DNA of 64,000 nt from an uncultured cyanobacterium (GCA_963703315.1 OY969811.1:1952001-2016000), one strand, 5' to 3'; numbered from the stretch's first letter, positions 1 to 12,400 are shown. The notes: generated by a model from the sequence alone, not told the origin. Numbers and translations are program-made.

Positions 1-382
1 TAGTACCAAGAGTTATCTTGCCGCCTAGGGACTCAAATGACGATAAGAGAAGATTTTGTAAATCTCGTCTTGCCACAGGGTAAGGACGTTGACCGACTTC
101 ATCAATTAAAGGTTGAAGAGGAATTTCATTGAGTAAGTTCCCCGACAAATGGCGGTATTCCATCCGATTCATGATTCCACCGATTGCTGCCATTTTCTCG
201 CCCAAACCAAGACGATTGAGAACTTTAACGCCATTTGACCAAAGCGAAATCCCTGAACCCGTAGGACGCAAATCCCGTACGCGATCGTAAATTTCCACTT
301 CGTAGCCAGACTGTCGCAGCGAGATTCCTGCTGTCAGACCACCGATACCTGCACCGATAATTATTGCTTTTAAACCGTACAC
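1..382 (-). CDS. hpxO: FAD-dependent urate hydroxylase-like monooxygenase (N-terminal part; runs off window start)
   Basis: Not in ORF track. Manual translation from GTG at 382: MYGLKAIIIGAGIGGLTAGISLRQSGYEVEIYDRVRDLRPTGSGISLWSNGVKVLNRLGLG...QRPYPVARRDLQ; GxGxxG FAD motif and close resemblance to the HpxO N-terminus. Confidence 0.8.
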   Translation of the reverse strand, partial: MYGLKAIIIGAGIGGLTAGISLRQSGYEVEIYDRVRDLRPTGSGISLWSNGVKVLNRLGLGEKMAAIGGIMNRMEYRHLSGNLLNEIPLQPLIDEVGQRPYPVARRDLQNLLLSSFESLGGKITLGT

Positions 383-402
383 GATGGCAATCCTACACAA
401 AA

Positions 403-417
403 TGTATACTGTATACA
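403..417. promoter_or_regulatory. Palindromic operator TGTATACwGTATACA overlapping the -10 box (TACAGT, 413-408) of the hpxO-like gene
   Basis: Same 15-mer at 533-547 and, as reverse complement, at 22324-22338. Confidence 0.7.
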
Positions 418-434
418 AAACTATTTTTAACCAT

Positions 435-450
435 TGTATATCAAGCTACA
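435..450 (-). promoter_or_regulatory. NtcA-binding site of a canonical class II promoter for the hpxO-like gene
   Basis: TGTA-tatcaagc-TACA (GTA-N8-TAC), then exactly 22 nt to TACAGT (TAN3T) on the minus strand. Confidence 0.75.
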
Positions 451-528
451 AAACAGCAGGAGTTACGCAAAGTTGCATGGTCAGGAGATCGCAACTTTTT
501 TGCCACATTGATCTTGCTATACAACAAA

Positions 529-551
529 TGTATGTATACTGTATACATACA
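529..551. promoter_or_regulatory. Extended perfect palindrome containing the same operator core
   Basis: TGTATGTATAC-T-GTATACATACA in the divergent intergenic region. Confidence 0.6.
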
Positions 552-634
552 AAATTTAGAGAATCCATCTATAACTGTCGCCAATCTTGTTAGGACACAA
601 AACCAGAACATAAATTACTGAATCTTACGAGTTT

Positions 635-1117
635 ATGATTATTCCTATTCCTCAGCCTTTTCAGCCGATTGTGACATTTGCTCATCCTGTTTTGATGACT
701 GCCACTTTGATCACCGCTATTTATGCAGCCTACTTGGGAATGCAATATCGCAAGGCGCGTAGCTCTGAAGGCGAAGTCAAGAAAGCTCTGATGTCTAAGC
801 GTTACAACCTTCAGCATTACAAAATTGGTGCAATCTTTTTGGTGCTAATGGTCGGAGGTGCGATCGGAGGCATGGCGGTTACTTATAACAGCAGTGGCAA
901 ACTGGCGATCGGAGCGCATTTATTTGCAGGTTTAGGATTAGCATTTTTAGCAGCTATATCGGCTTCTCTTGCACCATTAATGCAGCAGGGAAAAGAATGG
1001 GCAAGAATCTCACATATTTCAATCAATACCGTAATTCTCGGTATTTTTTCTTGGCAATTGCTTACGGGTTTAAATATTGTGCAGCGTATTTTAGAGCAAA
1101 TGTCAAAAGCATCTTAA
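635..1117 (+). CDS. DUF4079-family membrane protein (cytochrome b561-like His pattern)
   Basis: HP-x-LM start, HYKIG, AHLFAG and RISHISIN His motifs, four hydrophobic helices. Confidence 0.75.
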   Translation: MIIPIPQPFQPIVTFAHPVLMTATLITAIYAAYLGMQYRKARSSEGEVKKALMSKRYNLQHYKIGAIFLVLMVGGAIGGMAVTYNSSGKLAIGAHLFAGLGLAFLAAISASLAPLMQQGKEWARISHISINTVILGIFSWQLLTGLNIVQRILEQMSKAS

Positions 1118-1746
1118 TAATTTTTGTACAGGCATAAAGTAATCTCAGACTCATAAAATTTAATGTTGCTAGATATATCGCAATATTAAATTTTTAGCTA
1201 TTATTATTAATGATTATTCTTTGCTAAATTAGCAAAGATAATGGGTTAAGCGATTACTAACTTAGCCTATATTTAATTTTAGAAATTTACTTGGTAATAA
1301 GAATAATAAGTACAGCCTATTGCGACTTAAAGTAGTACAGAGAGATCTTTAAGTTGGCGCAAAACACTGCATCTAAAAATAATTAAAAATTAGAATCAAA
1401 ACTTATAGCGCATAGTTCTTGGTGTCATAGATTTTGAGATTTTATATTTAATTATGTCTAGCTTTCTACTGACTATTTTAAAAACTTTATAGATAATAAT
1501 TTTAAATAAATTAAAATAGCTAATTTATTTAAAATTGACTCGACAAAAAAGTAACTTAGAATACCATTACTTTGTGAAAGCTCTGTTGTAATAAAGTCTA
1601 TATGTCAAGCTAGTTTGTTAATTTACTATATTAACTAAGGAAACTAATTAATTTTTTGCTGATATTATGAGGGCATTTCTTTATGATATCAAATCTCTTA
1701 AGCAAAGTATTAATTGTTACATTTAGATTGAGTTTACTAACTAGTT

Positions 1747-2331
1747 TTGGCAATCAAAAATCAGAGTCGTAAAAGTATGCGTAGGAATAAGTTCGGCAGT
1801 ATGTTCAAATCACCTAGTTCTAAATTACTTACTAAATTCAGTAGTCTTTGCTTAGCCCTAGTAATCATGTTGGGTGTCTTTTTAGGTAATCCAATTAATG
1901 CACAGGCAAATGTCACCACATCCAATTTTGATGGCTTTGTTTCTGAGATGAGATCGCCTGCCGATGGCACAAATTTTTCTTTGCTACTAGCAGATGCGGC
2001 AGTAGAACCTGAAGCAACACCAGAAACTCCAGAAGCAAAAGCCGCCGCTAAACTCGAAGCCAAAAAAGCTAAGGCTGCCGCTAAACTCGAAGCTAAAAAG
2101 CTCAAGGAAGCTGCTGAAGCTGAAGCTGCTGAAGTAAAAGCGGCGGAAAAAGCAGCTAAAAAAGCGGCTAAGCTAGAAGCAAAAAAGGCGAAGGAAGCAG
2201 CTAAACTTGAAGCCAAAAAAGCTAAGGAAGCAGAAAAAGCGGCTGCGACTGAAGAAGAACCATTGAAAGAATCTCCTGAAGCAGCACCTTCAGAGCCAGC
2301 AGCAGCAGTAGAAACTGAACCTACTCCTTAG
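1747..2331 (+). CDS. Exported Ala/Lys/Glu-rich low-complexity protein (start may be 1777 or 1801)
   Basis: Signal peptide ending AQA; repeats of AAKLEAKKAK; Pro/Glu-rich tail. Confidence 0.7.
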   Translation: MAIKNQSRKSMRRNKFGSMFKSPSSKLLTKFSSLCLALVIMLGVFLGNPINAQANVTTSNFDGFVSEMRSPADGTNFSLLLADAAVEPEATPETPEAKAAAKLEAKKAKAAAKLEAKKLKEAAEAEAAEVKAAEKAAKKAAKLEAKKAKEAAKLEAKKAKEAEKAAATEEEPLKESPEAAPSEPAAAVETEPTP

Positions 2332-2474
2332 TTATCGCGATTTTGAGTTTGCCTAAGGTAAATTCAAAGGTCAAAACCTTTACTGTGATTGTCTTTGGGT
2401 TTGCAAATGAGCATCCACTCATTTGCAAACCTCTATACCGATAAATAATCTATGATCTAATTCAGGGCAAGAAA

Positions 2475-3263
2475 ATGACTTCGGCAATTCCGCGATCGCA
2501 ATCCAAGTTCAACCTGAGTGCCTACTTAATTAGCGATAAACCAGCAGGATTCTTATTAAGTTGGGTAGCTGGATTTGTGGATACTTCTGCATTTATTATT
2601 CTATTTGGACTCTTCACCGCCCATGTAACTGGAAATATTGCTTTAGCGGGGTCTTCATTTGTGAGTTCTGACACTGAGACAACGATTACCCGTTTATTGA
2701 TGTTGCCCACATTTGTAGTCACTGTCGCTTTGACTTCCCTGCTTGCTCGCTATGCCCGTAGTCAAAAGTGGTGTGTATTTGGAGTATTGTTGACTGCGGA
2801 AGCGATCGCCCTAGCAATCTTTCTATCACTGGGAATGACTCTTTCCCCTGAACTTCTATTTGATGTTCAAGAGGAGCTAATTCTACCCATTGGTATTTCT
2901 GGGGTAATTGCTATGGCAATTCAGAATGCTTTGATGAAAGAGGCAAAAGGAGTATTTAAAAGCTATATTCCCACGACAGTAATGACTGGAAATACTACGC
3001 AACTAACCATTGATGTAGTGCAGTTTTTTAGTGCAAAGTTGGCAAAAAATCAGACTGAATTAACTCAAATTGAAGCTGAAGAATCTTTAGAACGGATTAG
3101 CAGATTTGTACCAACGATCGCAGGTTTTGCCCTTGGTGGATTGCTTGCGGCTTGCTTTGTATTAGCTTCTGAGTCTTGGTGGAGCTTATCTCTACCTTTG
3201 ATTATTATCTCGATTTTGGCGATCGCTGCCTATGTTGAGCATGGGCGCGAATCTACCACATAA
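2475..3263 (+). CDS. YoaK/DUF1275-family membrane protein
   Basis: AGFVD...F.AHVTGN and AMAIQN...TTVMTGN motifs. Confidence 0.85.
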   Translation: MTSAIPRSQSKFNLSAYLISDKPAGFLLSWVAGFVDTSAFIILFGLFTAHVTGNIALAGSSFVSSDTETTITRLLMLPTFVVTVALTSLLARYARSQKWCVFGVLLTAEAIALAIFLSLGMTLSPELLFDVQEELILPIGISGVIAMAIQNALMKEAKGVFKSYIPTTVMTGNTTQLTIDVVQFFSAKLAKNQTELTQIEAEESLERISRFVPTIAGFALGGLLAACFVLASESWWSLSLPLIIISILAIAAYVEHGRESTT

Positions 3264-3327
3264 GGATTGAATGAGCAGCGCCTTGCTACGCTCATCTACA
3301 TTTTTAAAATATTCTTAGGAAAAGCAA

Positions 3328-3945
3328 ATGAGACAACGTTTACTATCATTACTATCAATTTTTATCAGCGCTATTATTTTTGTGGGATTGCTTACGAGCA
3401 ATACAGTCCAAGCACAAACTATCTCTTCGCATACGGAAACTTGGCTAGCTGAGGTAGAGATGGCAGAACCAGTCATAGAAACTGAAGTTGCTGCACCTGA
3501 ATCTGCTGCACCTAAATCTGTAGCAGTATCGAAACCTGATGAGACAACTACTCTTCTCAAACAATTAGAAACAGAAATATTGCCCCAAATTGAGAGTGTC
3601 TTAACTCCAGAGCAACAATCGGAATTTGCCGCTAAGGTTGCCGCAGGAACTAGTTTTCGCAAAGCTTTTAAAGCTATAACTCTTACACCAGCGCAAAAAA
3701 GTAAACTGAGTACCGTATTTAAATCTATTCCTAAAAAAGATATTTTTGCGACACTTACTCCTGCTCAGAAGAAACAACTATTTTTGAAAAATAAACAGCT
3801 ATTTATTCCTAGTTCTGAAGAAATTGGCGCGAAGATTACTGCTGGTATGAAAATGGCAAAGGATAAGTCTCCTTTAGCACCATCCGCAGAATCGATTATC
3901 GAAAAAATCAATGCCAAAATGAAAGCTATTGAGACAGAGGAATAA
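3328..3945 (+). CDS. Exported hypothetical protein with LTxxQ motifs (Spy/CpxP-like helical)
   Basis: Signal peptide (VQA); LTPEQ, LTPAQ, LTPAQ. Confidence 0.7.
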   Translation: MRQRLLSLLSIFISAIIFVGLLTSNTVQAQTISSHTETWLAEVEMAEPVIETEVAAPESAAPKSVAVSKPDETTTLLKQLETEILPQIESVLTPEQQSEFAAKVAAGTSFRKAFKAITLTPAQKSKLSTVFKSIPKKDIFATLTPAQKKQLFLKNKQLFIPSSEEIGAKITAGMKMAKDKSPLAPSAESIIEKINAKMKAIETEE

Positions 3946-3947
3946 AG

Positions 3948-4178
3948 ATGGATAGTATGATGTCGGGTCGTTTGAATGATTGGTTGCTATTAGTAGCGGC
4001 GATCGTGGCGGCAATGGTCATATTTGCATCCTTAGCGAAGATTGCGAAATCAGTACTTGTACCATTTGCAGTTGTGGCGATCGCTTTAATTGTGGCAAAG
4101 ATTGCTTTTGGGATTACTCCAGAATATCTTTGGCATGAGTCAATTCATGTGATTAGGAGACTAGGAGCAAGATCCTAA
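3948..4178 (+). CDS. Small membrane protein
   Basis: Two hydrophobic helices; starts 2 nt after the upstream stop. Confidence 0.65.
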   Translation: MDSMMSGRLNDWLLLVAAIVAAMVIFASLAKIAKSVLVPFAVVAIALIVAKIAFGITPEYLWHESIHVIRRLGARS

Positions 4179-4245
4179 AACCTGTGGCGCACGCTGCGCG
4201 TGCGCCACAGGTTTTAGAACTGTTTTTTAATTATGCCGAAGTAAT
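4175..4245. repeat. Palindromic MITE-like repeat (AAACCTGTGGCGCACGC family)
   Basis: Long perfect hairpin; relatives at about 1378-1468, 48140-48236, 49192-49235 and 49755-49842, several with TAAGTAGCT..GC.TAATTAAA-like ends. Confidence 0.7.
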
Positions 4246-4296
4246 TATAGGATGAGAGGTGCTTCGTTCCGACCATCCTATAAAGTTGAAAATCAC

Positions 4297-4986
4297 ATGA
4301 GAATTTTGCTAGTTGAAGATGAAGATGATCTGGGTAAGGCGCTACAACGGAGCTTAAGGCAAGAAAAATATATTGTTGATTGGGTACAGGACGGTGCAGA
4401 AGCATGGAGATATCTTTCAAGTCCTGAAGTAGATTATGTGCTGGCAGTTGTCGATTGGATGTTGCCAAGTTTATCGGGGTTGGAAATATGTAAGCGCTTG
4501 CGATCGCATGGTAATTCGCTGCCAGTGCTAATGCTGACGGCAAAGGATCAGATGCAAGATCGGGTGATGGGTTTAGACTCAGGGGCAGATGATTATCTTG
4601 TTAAGCCGTTTGGGATGGTGGAATTGATGGCGCGGCTGAGAGCGTTGCTACGAAGACCGCCTCAATTTCAGCCCCAAATTTTACAGGTAGGCAATTTGAT
4701 TCTTGATTATGGGAAGTCCACAATTGCGATCGCTAATCAAAATGCGATCGCTGAAGGCATCATGCTGACAACTAAAGAATTTCAGTTGTTAGAATACTTT
4801 ATGCAGCATCCTAATCAGATTCTTACCCGTGACCAGATTATGAATCGGCTATGGGAATTTCAATCCGAACCTGCTAGTAATGTCGTGGCAGCCCAAATTC
4901 GGCTGTTAAGAAAGAAATTAGCAGAATATAGTTGTGATATTGAGATTGAAACAATCTATGGTTTGGGATATCGCTTGAATTCATGA
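4297..4986 (+). CDS. rppA: OmpR-family response regulator, RppA/NrsR type
   Basis: MRILLVEDE, DWMLP phosphoacceptor, GADDYLVKPF, SNVVAAQIRLLRKKL, ETIYGLGYR; next to heavy-metal RND genes. Confidence 0.85.
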   Translation: MRILLVEDEDDLGKALQRSLRQEKYIVDWVQDGAEAWRYLSSPEVDYVLAVVDWMLPSLSGLEICKRLRSHGNSLPVLMLTAKDQMQDRVMGLDSGADDYLVKPFGMVELMARLRALLRRPPQFQPQILQVGNLILDYGKSTIAIANQNAIAEGIMLTTKEFQLLEYFMQHPNQILTRDQIMNRLWEFQSEPASNVVAAQIRLLRKKLAEYSCDIEIETIYGLGYRLNS

Positions 4987-6320
4987 ATCACAATAAAATC
5001 TTTTTGGGAGCGCGGTTACATCTTGCAGGTTGGTATGCAGGCGTGATGGGAATCATTTTGACCCTATCAGGAGTCGGTATTTATCAGGTGATGGCTCATG
5101 CCCATTGGCAAGCAGTCGATCGCGAGTTAGAGTCCGTAGCTGGGACATTGCATGATAGTTTAGAACCTCTACTACAACAAAGCGATCGCATCGATCCGAG
5201 CGTCCAACAAATTCTTCCTAACCTTTGCATCATCGGTGAGAAATGTGAGCAAGAATCTTCCACAAGACATATTATGGGTGCGATCCAACAAGAAAGCTTC
5301 TATGCGTTATTTCTGACTCGTTCTGGAAACTTGATTGCCACAGTCGGAAAACCACCAATGGGAATTGTCCCTCAGATTGGACAAGAAGCTTGGCAAACAA
5401 TTGAGGATCGAGAGGGAAATCGTTATCATCAAATTTCACTTTTACTTAAAAATAATCGTGGGAAATCATGGGGATATCTGCAAGTAGGGCGATCGCTTGC
5501 TGACTATGACCATCATCTTGAGCAATCAAAATTAATATTGATCATTAGTTTACCGATTGTTTTTCTGATTGTGAGCATAGCAAGTTGGTATTTAGCAAGT
5601 ATTGCAATGAAACCAGTTTATTCTTCTTATCAACAAATTCAGCAATTCACCGCCGATGCTGCCCATGAACTGCGGACTCCGCTTGCAGCCATCCGCGCCA
5701 CAGTTGAATCTACTCTTAGTAGTGAGTCAATTTCTGAACTAGAGTCAAGAGATATTTTACAAACAATCAATCGCCAAGCAGTGCGACTTTCAGAACTGGT
5801 GCAAGATTTACTTCTGCTGTCGAGGATGGACTTACAACTAATTACTTTACAAAAGCAAGCTTGTTGTTTGAATGAAATTGTTAGTGATTTAGTTGAAGAA
5901 GTCTCAGCACTTGCCATCCAGTCAGATATTGATCTAAAACTGAACGTTGCCCATGAATCTACAATTTATGTCAATGGTAATCAAGAGCAACTCTATCGAC
6001 TAATTCTAAATATTCTAATCAATGCAATTCATTACACGCCTGAACATGGCAAAGTTGAGGTATCTCTCGATCACATCGAGCATCATGCGATTATCCAAAT
6101 TCAGGATAATGGAATTGGTATAAGTTCCATTGATTTACCCAACATCTTCGATCGCTTCTATCGAGTAAGTAGCGATCGCTCTCGCAAAAAAGGTGGATCT
6201 GGTTTAGGCTTGGCGATCGCACAGGCGATCGTCAAATCTCATAATGGCGATATTCAAGCTAAGAGTGAGATTGAACAAGGTAGTACATTTACAATTAAGA
6301 TGCCATTAATAGCAATATAA
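4983..6320 (+). CDS. rppB: Sensor histidine kinase, RppB/NrsS type
   Basis: Two TM helices, FTADAAHELRTP H-box, N/G1/F/G2 boxes; ATGA overlap with the regulator. Confidence 0.85.
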   Translation: MNHNKIFLGARLHLAGWYAGVMGIILTLSGVGIYQVMAHAHWQAVDRELESVAGTLHDSLEPLLQQSDRIDPSVQQILPNLCIIGEKCEQESSTRHIMGAIQQESFYALFLTRSGNLIATVGKPPMGIVPQIGQEAWQTIEDREGNRYHQISLLLKNNRGKSWGYLQVGRSLADYDHHLEQSKLILIISLPIVFLIVSIASWYLASIAMKPVYSSYQQIQQFTADAAHELRTPLAAIRATVESTLSSESISELESRDILQTINRQAVRLSELVQDLLLLSRMDLQLITLQKQACCLNEIVSDLVEEVSALAIQSDIDLKLNVAHESTIYVNGNQEQLYRLILNILINAIHYTPEHGKVEVSLDHIEHHAIIQIQDNGIGISSIDLPNIFDRFYRVSSDRSRKKGGSGLGLAIAQAIVKSHNGDIQAKSEIEQGSTFTIKMPLIAI

Positions 6321-6472
6321 GTAAGACTTACGCATAAGATTTGCGGGGGGGATTGGCTAGCGATCGCGTCTAAAAATCAACTTTTGATTTTGTGGGTGAC
6401 GATGCAAAATGTTTGCGGGTATAGTTTAAACTTATTTGATTCAGTTAGGCTTGAATTAGGGAGTTTTGCGCG

Positions 6473-9400
6473 ATGGCGACAGGTAAAGAGGAGCAACCGA
6501 TCTGGGTGCAAGACTTGTTGGCTTGGCTGGACAAGATTGAGGCAAAGAAGTTAGAGGGAGAAAAATGGATTGAGCGGGTAAATGAGGTTTTGGCTGAGTT
6601 ACTGCCAGATTTATCAGAACCGTTAAAACAAGATGATCTTAGAGACACTAAAAATGTTTGTGAGGAGTATTCCAGATCGCAAACAATAGCCGATGTCACC
6701 GCTCAAACTTCTGCATCTGATGTAGAACGATTAAAACAGTCTCTTGCAGACGCTCAAAGTATTTATGATGAGTATTCCAGATGGCAAGCAATAGCTGATG
6801 TAGTCGCTCAAATTCCTGAATCCGAGCCAGAACTACTAAAACAAGCTCTTGATGTTGCTCAACGTATTAGTGATGAGTATTGTAGATCAGAAGCGATAGC
6901 CGCCGTAGCCTCTCAAATTCCTGCATCTGAACCAGAACTACTGAAGCAAGCTCTTGAAGCTATTCAACGTATTGATAATGGAAATTACAGATCGCCAGCA
7001 ATAGTCTCTCTAGCCACTCAAATTCCTTCGTCTGAGCTAGAACTACTAAAACAAGCTCTTGAAGCCGCTCAAAGCATTGATAATGAGTATTACAGGTCAC
7101 CAGCAATAGTTGCCGTAGCCACTCAAATTCCTGCATCTGAGCCAGAACTGTTAAAACAAGCTCTTGAAGCCGCTCAAAGCATTGATAATGAGTATTACAG
7201 GTCACCAGCAATAGTTGCCGTAGCCACTCAAATTCCTGAATCTGAGCCAGAACTACTAAAACAATCTCTTGAAGCCGCTCAACGTATTAAAAATGATGAA
7301 TGCAGATGGAAAACTATAGCCATCGCAGCCGCTCAACTTCCTTCATTAGAACGAAAACTAGTTTTACAACAAGCAATTGAATCCACTCAACGTATTTATG
7401 ATGAGTATTCCAAATCGAAAGCAATAGCCGATGTAGCCACTCAAATTCCTGCATCCGAGCCAGAACTGTTAGAAAACGCTCTTAAAGCCGCTCAAAGCAT
7501 TGAGAGTGAGCATTACAGATCGAAAGCGATCGCCGCCGTAGCTGCTCAAATTCCTGCATTGGAAAGAAAATCAGCTTTACAACAAGCCATTGAAGTCGCT
7601 CAACGTATTGAAAATGAGGATTACAGATCACAAGCAATAGCCGCCGTAGCTGCTCAAATTCCTTCGTCTGAGCCAGAACTACTAAAACAAGTCCTTGAAA
7701 ATGCTCAACGTATTGAGTATGAAGATTACAGATCGCAAGCGATAGCTGCCGTAGCCGCTCAAATTCCTTCGTCTGAGCCAGAACTACTAAAACAAGTCCT
7801 TGAAAACGCTCAACGTATTGTCGGCGAGGAATACAGATTGCCAGTAATAGTCGCCGTAGCTACTCAAATTCCTGCATCCGAGCCAGAACTAATAAAACAA
7901 GCTCTTGAAGCTGCTCAACTTATCGAAAATGAGTATTTAAGATCGCCAGCAATAACCGCCATAGCTGCTCAGATTCCTGCATTCGAGCTAGAATTAATAA
8001 AACAAGCTCTTGAAACCGCGCAAACTATTAATGATGAGTATTGTAGAGCGCCAGCAATAGCCGCCGTAGCTGCTCAAATTCCTATATCCAAACGAAAACT
8101 AACTTTACAACAAACGATTAAAGTCGCTCAACATATTGAAAATGAGGATTACAGATCACAAGCAATAGCTACCGTAGTCGCTCAAATTCCTACATCAGAA
8201 CCAGAACTATTAAAACAAACCCTTGAAACTGCCCAAAGTATTGGTGATGAGAATTGCAGATTGTCAGTAATAGCTGCCATAGCTGCTCAAATTCCTGCAT
8301 CCGAGCCAGAGTTACTAAAACAGGCTCTTAAAGCCGCTCAAAGTATTATTGATGTGCAATACAGATGGCAAGCAATAGCCGCCGTAGCCGCCAAAATTCC
8401 TGAGTCCGAGCCAGAACTATTAAAACAAGCTCTTGAAGCCGCTCAAAGTCTTTTCGGCGAGGAATACAAATCGCCAGCAATAGCTGCCGTAGTGGCTCAA
8501 ATTCCTGTATCTGAGCCAGAACTATTAAAACAAGCTCTTGAAGCCGCTCAAAATATTGAGGATAAGCAATATAAAGCGCCAGCAATAGCCGCCGTAGCCT
8601 CTCAACTTTCTCCATCCGAACGAAAATCAGTATTACAACAAGCTATTAAAGTTGCACAAAGTATTGAAGACTATTATTCTGACTCGAAAGGAAGGGCAAT
8701 AGCCGCCGTAGCTGCTCAAATTCCTGTATTCGAACCAGATCTGTTAAAACAAGCCCTTGAAACAGCCCAAAGTATTAGTGATGAATATTTCAGATCAAAA
8801 ACAATAACTGCTGTAGCTGCTCAAATTCCTGAATCCGAGCTAGAACTGTTAAAACAAGCTCTTGAAGCTGCCCAGAGTATTCAAAATAATGATGAATATA
8901 GATCAAAAACAATAACTGCCGTAGCCGCTCAAATTCTTCCATCGCAACGAAAACTAGCCTTACAACAAGCTATTGGAGCCACTAAAAGTATTAGTGATGA
9001 GTATTCCAGATCGAAGGCAATAGCCGCCGTAGTCGCTCAAATTCCTGTATCCGAGCCAGAACTATTACTACAAGCCTTTGAAGCCGCTCAAAATATTGGT
9101 AATGAGAATTACAGATCAGAGGCAATAGCCACCGTAGCCACTCAACTTCCGCCATCCGAACGAAAATCAGCTTTACAAAAAGCTCTTGAAGTTGCTCAAA
9201 ATATTGAGCGTGAGGATTACAGATCGCAAACAATAGCCGTTGTAGCTGCTCGAATTCCTGCGTCCGAGCCAGAACTGTTAAAACAAGCCTTTGAAGCCGC
9301 TCAAAGTCTTGTCGATGAGCAAAACAGATCGCCAGCAATAGCCACCGTAGCTGCTCAAATTCCTGTATCCGAACTAGATCTGCTAAAACAAGCTCTTGAA

Positions 9401-12400
9401 GCTACTCAAAATATTAATCGTGGGTATCATAGATCTGAAGCAATAGCTGCCGTAGTCGCTAAACTTCCGACATCGGAATATCACAAAATAATTGAAATTT
9501 GTTCAAAGCTAGAAAACAAGCAATATCGGATTGAGGCATTAGGAGCTATAGCCTTTAAGGCAACTGAGATGCTAATCGCCCAAACCCCTCAAAATCTAAT
9601 ATCCACGATTTTAGAAATAGTTCCCAACGGTAAAAATTCAGCCGATAAAGCCAAACTTCTTAGCGCTCTTGCTACTCGACTTTCTACAGGGCTTTTTCCC
9701 AGAGCATTACAAATCATCCAAAATGAAATCAACCATCCCACATACCAAGCCGAAACTCTTAGCAATCTTCTCCCCTATTTGCCCCCAGAACAACTTCCAG
9801 AAGCACTCGCAGTAATAACAAGCTTCGCGGGTTACTCTGCTCCCACCACAGCCCTTTGCCAACTTATCCCTAAACTTACTTTTCCCGACCTAGAGTTAGT
9901 CTTCAAGGATTTTATTATTGGAACCACTGAAACAAAGGCACGAATTCCGCAACCAAAACTCCAATATCAAATCCTTAAATGTCTGAATACTTGCCTCAAA
10001 AGCATTCTGGAAAATATTACCGAAATTGACGCAGACCAACATAGCCAAGAGAGACTATCTCAAGAAATCAATGACCACCTTCACCAAATCATTAATGAAT
10101 ACGGGCATCTATTTAGCAAACTCTCATCAGACAATCAAACCGTAACACCTAAATTGATCGCCGAACAAACAAAAATCTTACGAACCATTCGCGAAAATAG
10201 CCGCGACTTCGACAAAGCCAACGCCCTCATTCAAATAACCGCCAGTTTAGATGATTCTCTATCCATCGAAGCGCAAAGTATCGCTCAAGAGATTCAAGAT
10301 GCTTATCATAAAGCACGCGCTCTAGTTTCCCTAGCATCAAGATTTCCTAAAATTCGTAACGAAGCGCAACAACAAGTTAATCAGACTAGAAAAGACGAAA
10401 TCCAACATATCGAACTTCTAAGCCAATTTGCCACCATTGTTCCCGAACAAATTCCCAACCTGCTGAAAAGCGTTGAAGAATGGTCAGGCGCAAATCCCTT
10501 TGAACTTCAAGAAACCACCACCGATCCTGAACGCTGCAAATATAAGCGCCGTCGCATCCTGATCGCCCTCAAGCCCCACCTCCCGATCCGCCTCAGCCGC
10601 GAAATCGATCGCGAAACCAGCATCGGCAAAGCCCCTCAAGACCTCTGGGAAAGATGCCTCTTTGTCCTCCGCAACGAATATCGCCAAGCCCTCAAAAGTG
10701 GCAGTTTCCGTAATGATGCCACTCAAGATGAAGATCTGCTCAACCTCAAAGACGAAATCAATGCCTTAACCGAAATGCTGCTCATGCGCGACCTTACCCC
10801 ACCCGTAGCCGTTGGCATCCTCGGTGGTTGGGGCGGCGGTAAATCTTACATGATGCACCTCATGCAAAAACACATGGTCGAGATTCGCAGTCGTGGACTC
10901 GATCCAGTTGAAGCTTGGGGATTTAAAGATAAGGATGAGGAAAATCCTGATAGCAGTAGGTTGAACCGCTATGTCGGACATATTTACCAAATCAAATTTG
11001 ACGCTTGGACTTATGCCAAATCTAACCTCTGGGCAAGCCTCATGCAGACGATCTTCTTTGAACTAGATCGCCAAATCTCCCTAGAACACCAAATTGATAC
11101 CGCTTTAAAAAGAGCCAATCCCAAAACTACCCCTCTCGATTCACAAAATGGAACGATTTGGCAAGCACTCTATGAAGTCAGTGATGAAGATCGCGAATGG
11201 TTTCTCAAAAATGTACTGACCGATCAGACATTTAATGAATGGGAAAAATTGTCAAAAGAAAACAGTAGTTCTGAAAAACTTTGGGAACTATTTGGTAACT
11301 CTCAAAAAGAAGCGATCGCAGATTTAGAAGCCCTAAAATCAACCCTTCAAGAGACAAAAGAGAATTTACAAAAGAAACCAGTCGAAATTTTGAACGATCA
11401 TGTAAAACGTAAAGCTTTCTTTGATACTGCCAGTCAAAAAGCGATCGCCATCCTTCAAAAACGTTTAGGCAAAAACTTTACTGACGAAATCAAGAAGGAC
11501 TTGGAACAAAAACTTACGAAAATTCAAGATACAACGACCGATCTAAATCAATTTTATGATTTGGTCAAAGATGATATCGAAACAGTATTGGAAAAGAAAG
11601 AGACACAAATCGACATCCAATTTATCAAAGAATTCACAGTCAAAAATTATCTGTTTATTCTCATCTGCCTCTCATTCATTCTTTTAGCCATATTCATCCC
11701 CATTGCTCTTCCCGAATCGATAAAAAACAACTTAGTCGCTCAAATCATTTCCGCAACCACTCCATTAGTCGCTGCAATTCCCTTTGCTAAAACAACAATC
11801 CAAAGAGGTCGCAAACTCTATAATCAAATTAAACTCGAAGTTTCTGACTTCACACACAAATTAGAAAACAATATTCAAAATCAAATTGATACTGATAAAG
11901 ATCTTTTAGCCCTGAAAACAAAAATTACAGAACTTGAGAAGGAAGTAAAAAATAAATCCGCAGATATTCCTACTAACACCTATGCTTCGATCACTGATTT
12001 CGTCAAAGATCGCGTCCAAAAAGGTGGCTATCAAGAACACTTAGGCATGATGCATCAAGTCAAAGAAGACCTATCCATGCTCAGCAAACGCCTCTTACCA
12101 CCACCCGCCGATTCTAAGGAATACGCCACCAAAGTTAAACAACTCGCAGAAGTATTTCCCCGTGGTTCCGCCCGTGTAGTTCTCTACATTGACGACCTCG
12201 ATCGCTGTCCACCCAAAACCGTTGTCGAAGTCCTCGAAGCCGTCCAACTCCTCGTCAAGAATCCGCTTTTTATTGCTGTCTTAGCGATCGACGAGCGCTA
12301 CATCACTCGCGCCCTTGCCGATCATTACAAAGGTGTACTTCCCCTCAAAGGTCGCCCCTCCGCCTCGGACTATCTCGAAAAGATCATTCAAATCCCCTAC

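Noticed and set aside
1551..1564. GTA-N8-TAC as an NtcA site
   Set aside because: No TAN3T at the canonical distance; could be chance in AT-rich DNA
6600..9470. Regular DNA repeats as a CRISPR array or DGR target
   Set aside because: Units are in-frame 105/108-nt coding repeats without unique spacers; no cas or reverse transcriptase gene in the window
6600..9470. TAL effector identity
   Set aside because: Similar unit length, but no LTPxQVVAIAS/GGKQALE signature, and the protein ends in a KAP NTPase; analogy only
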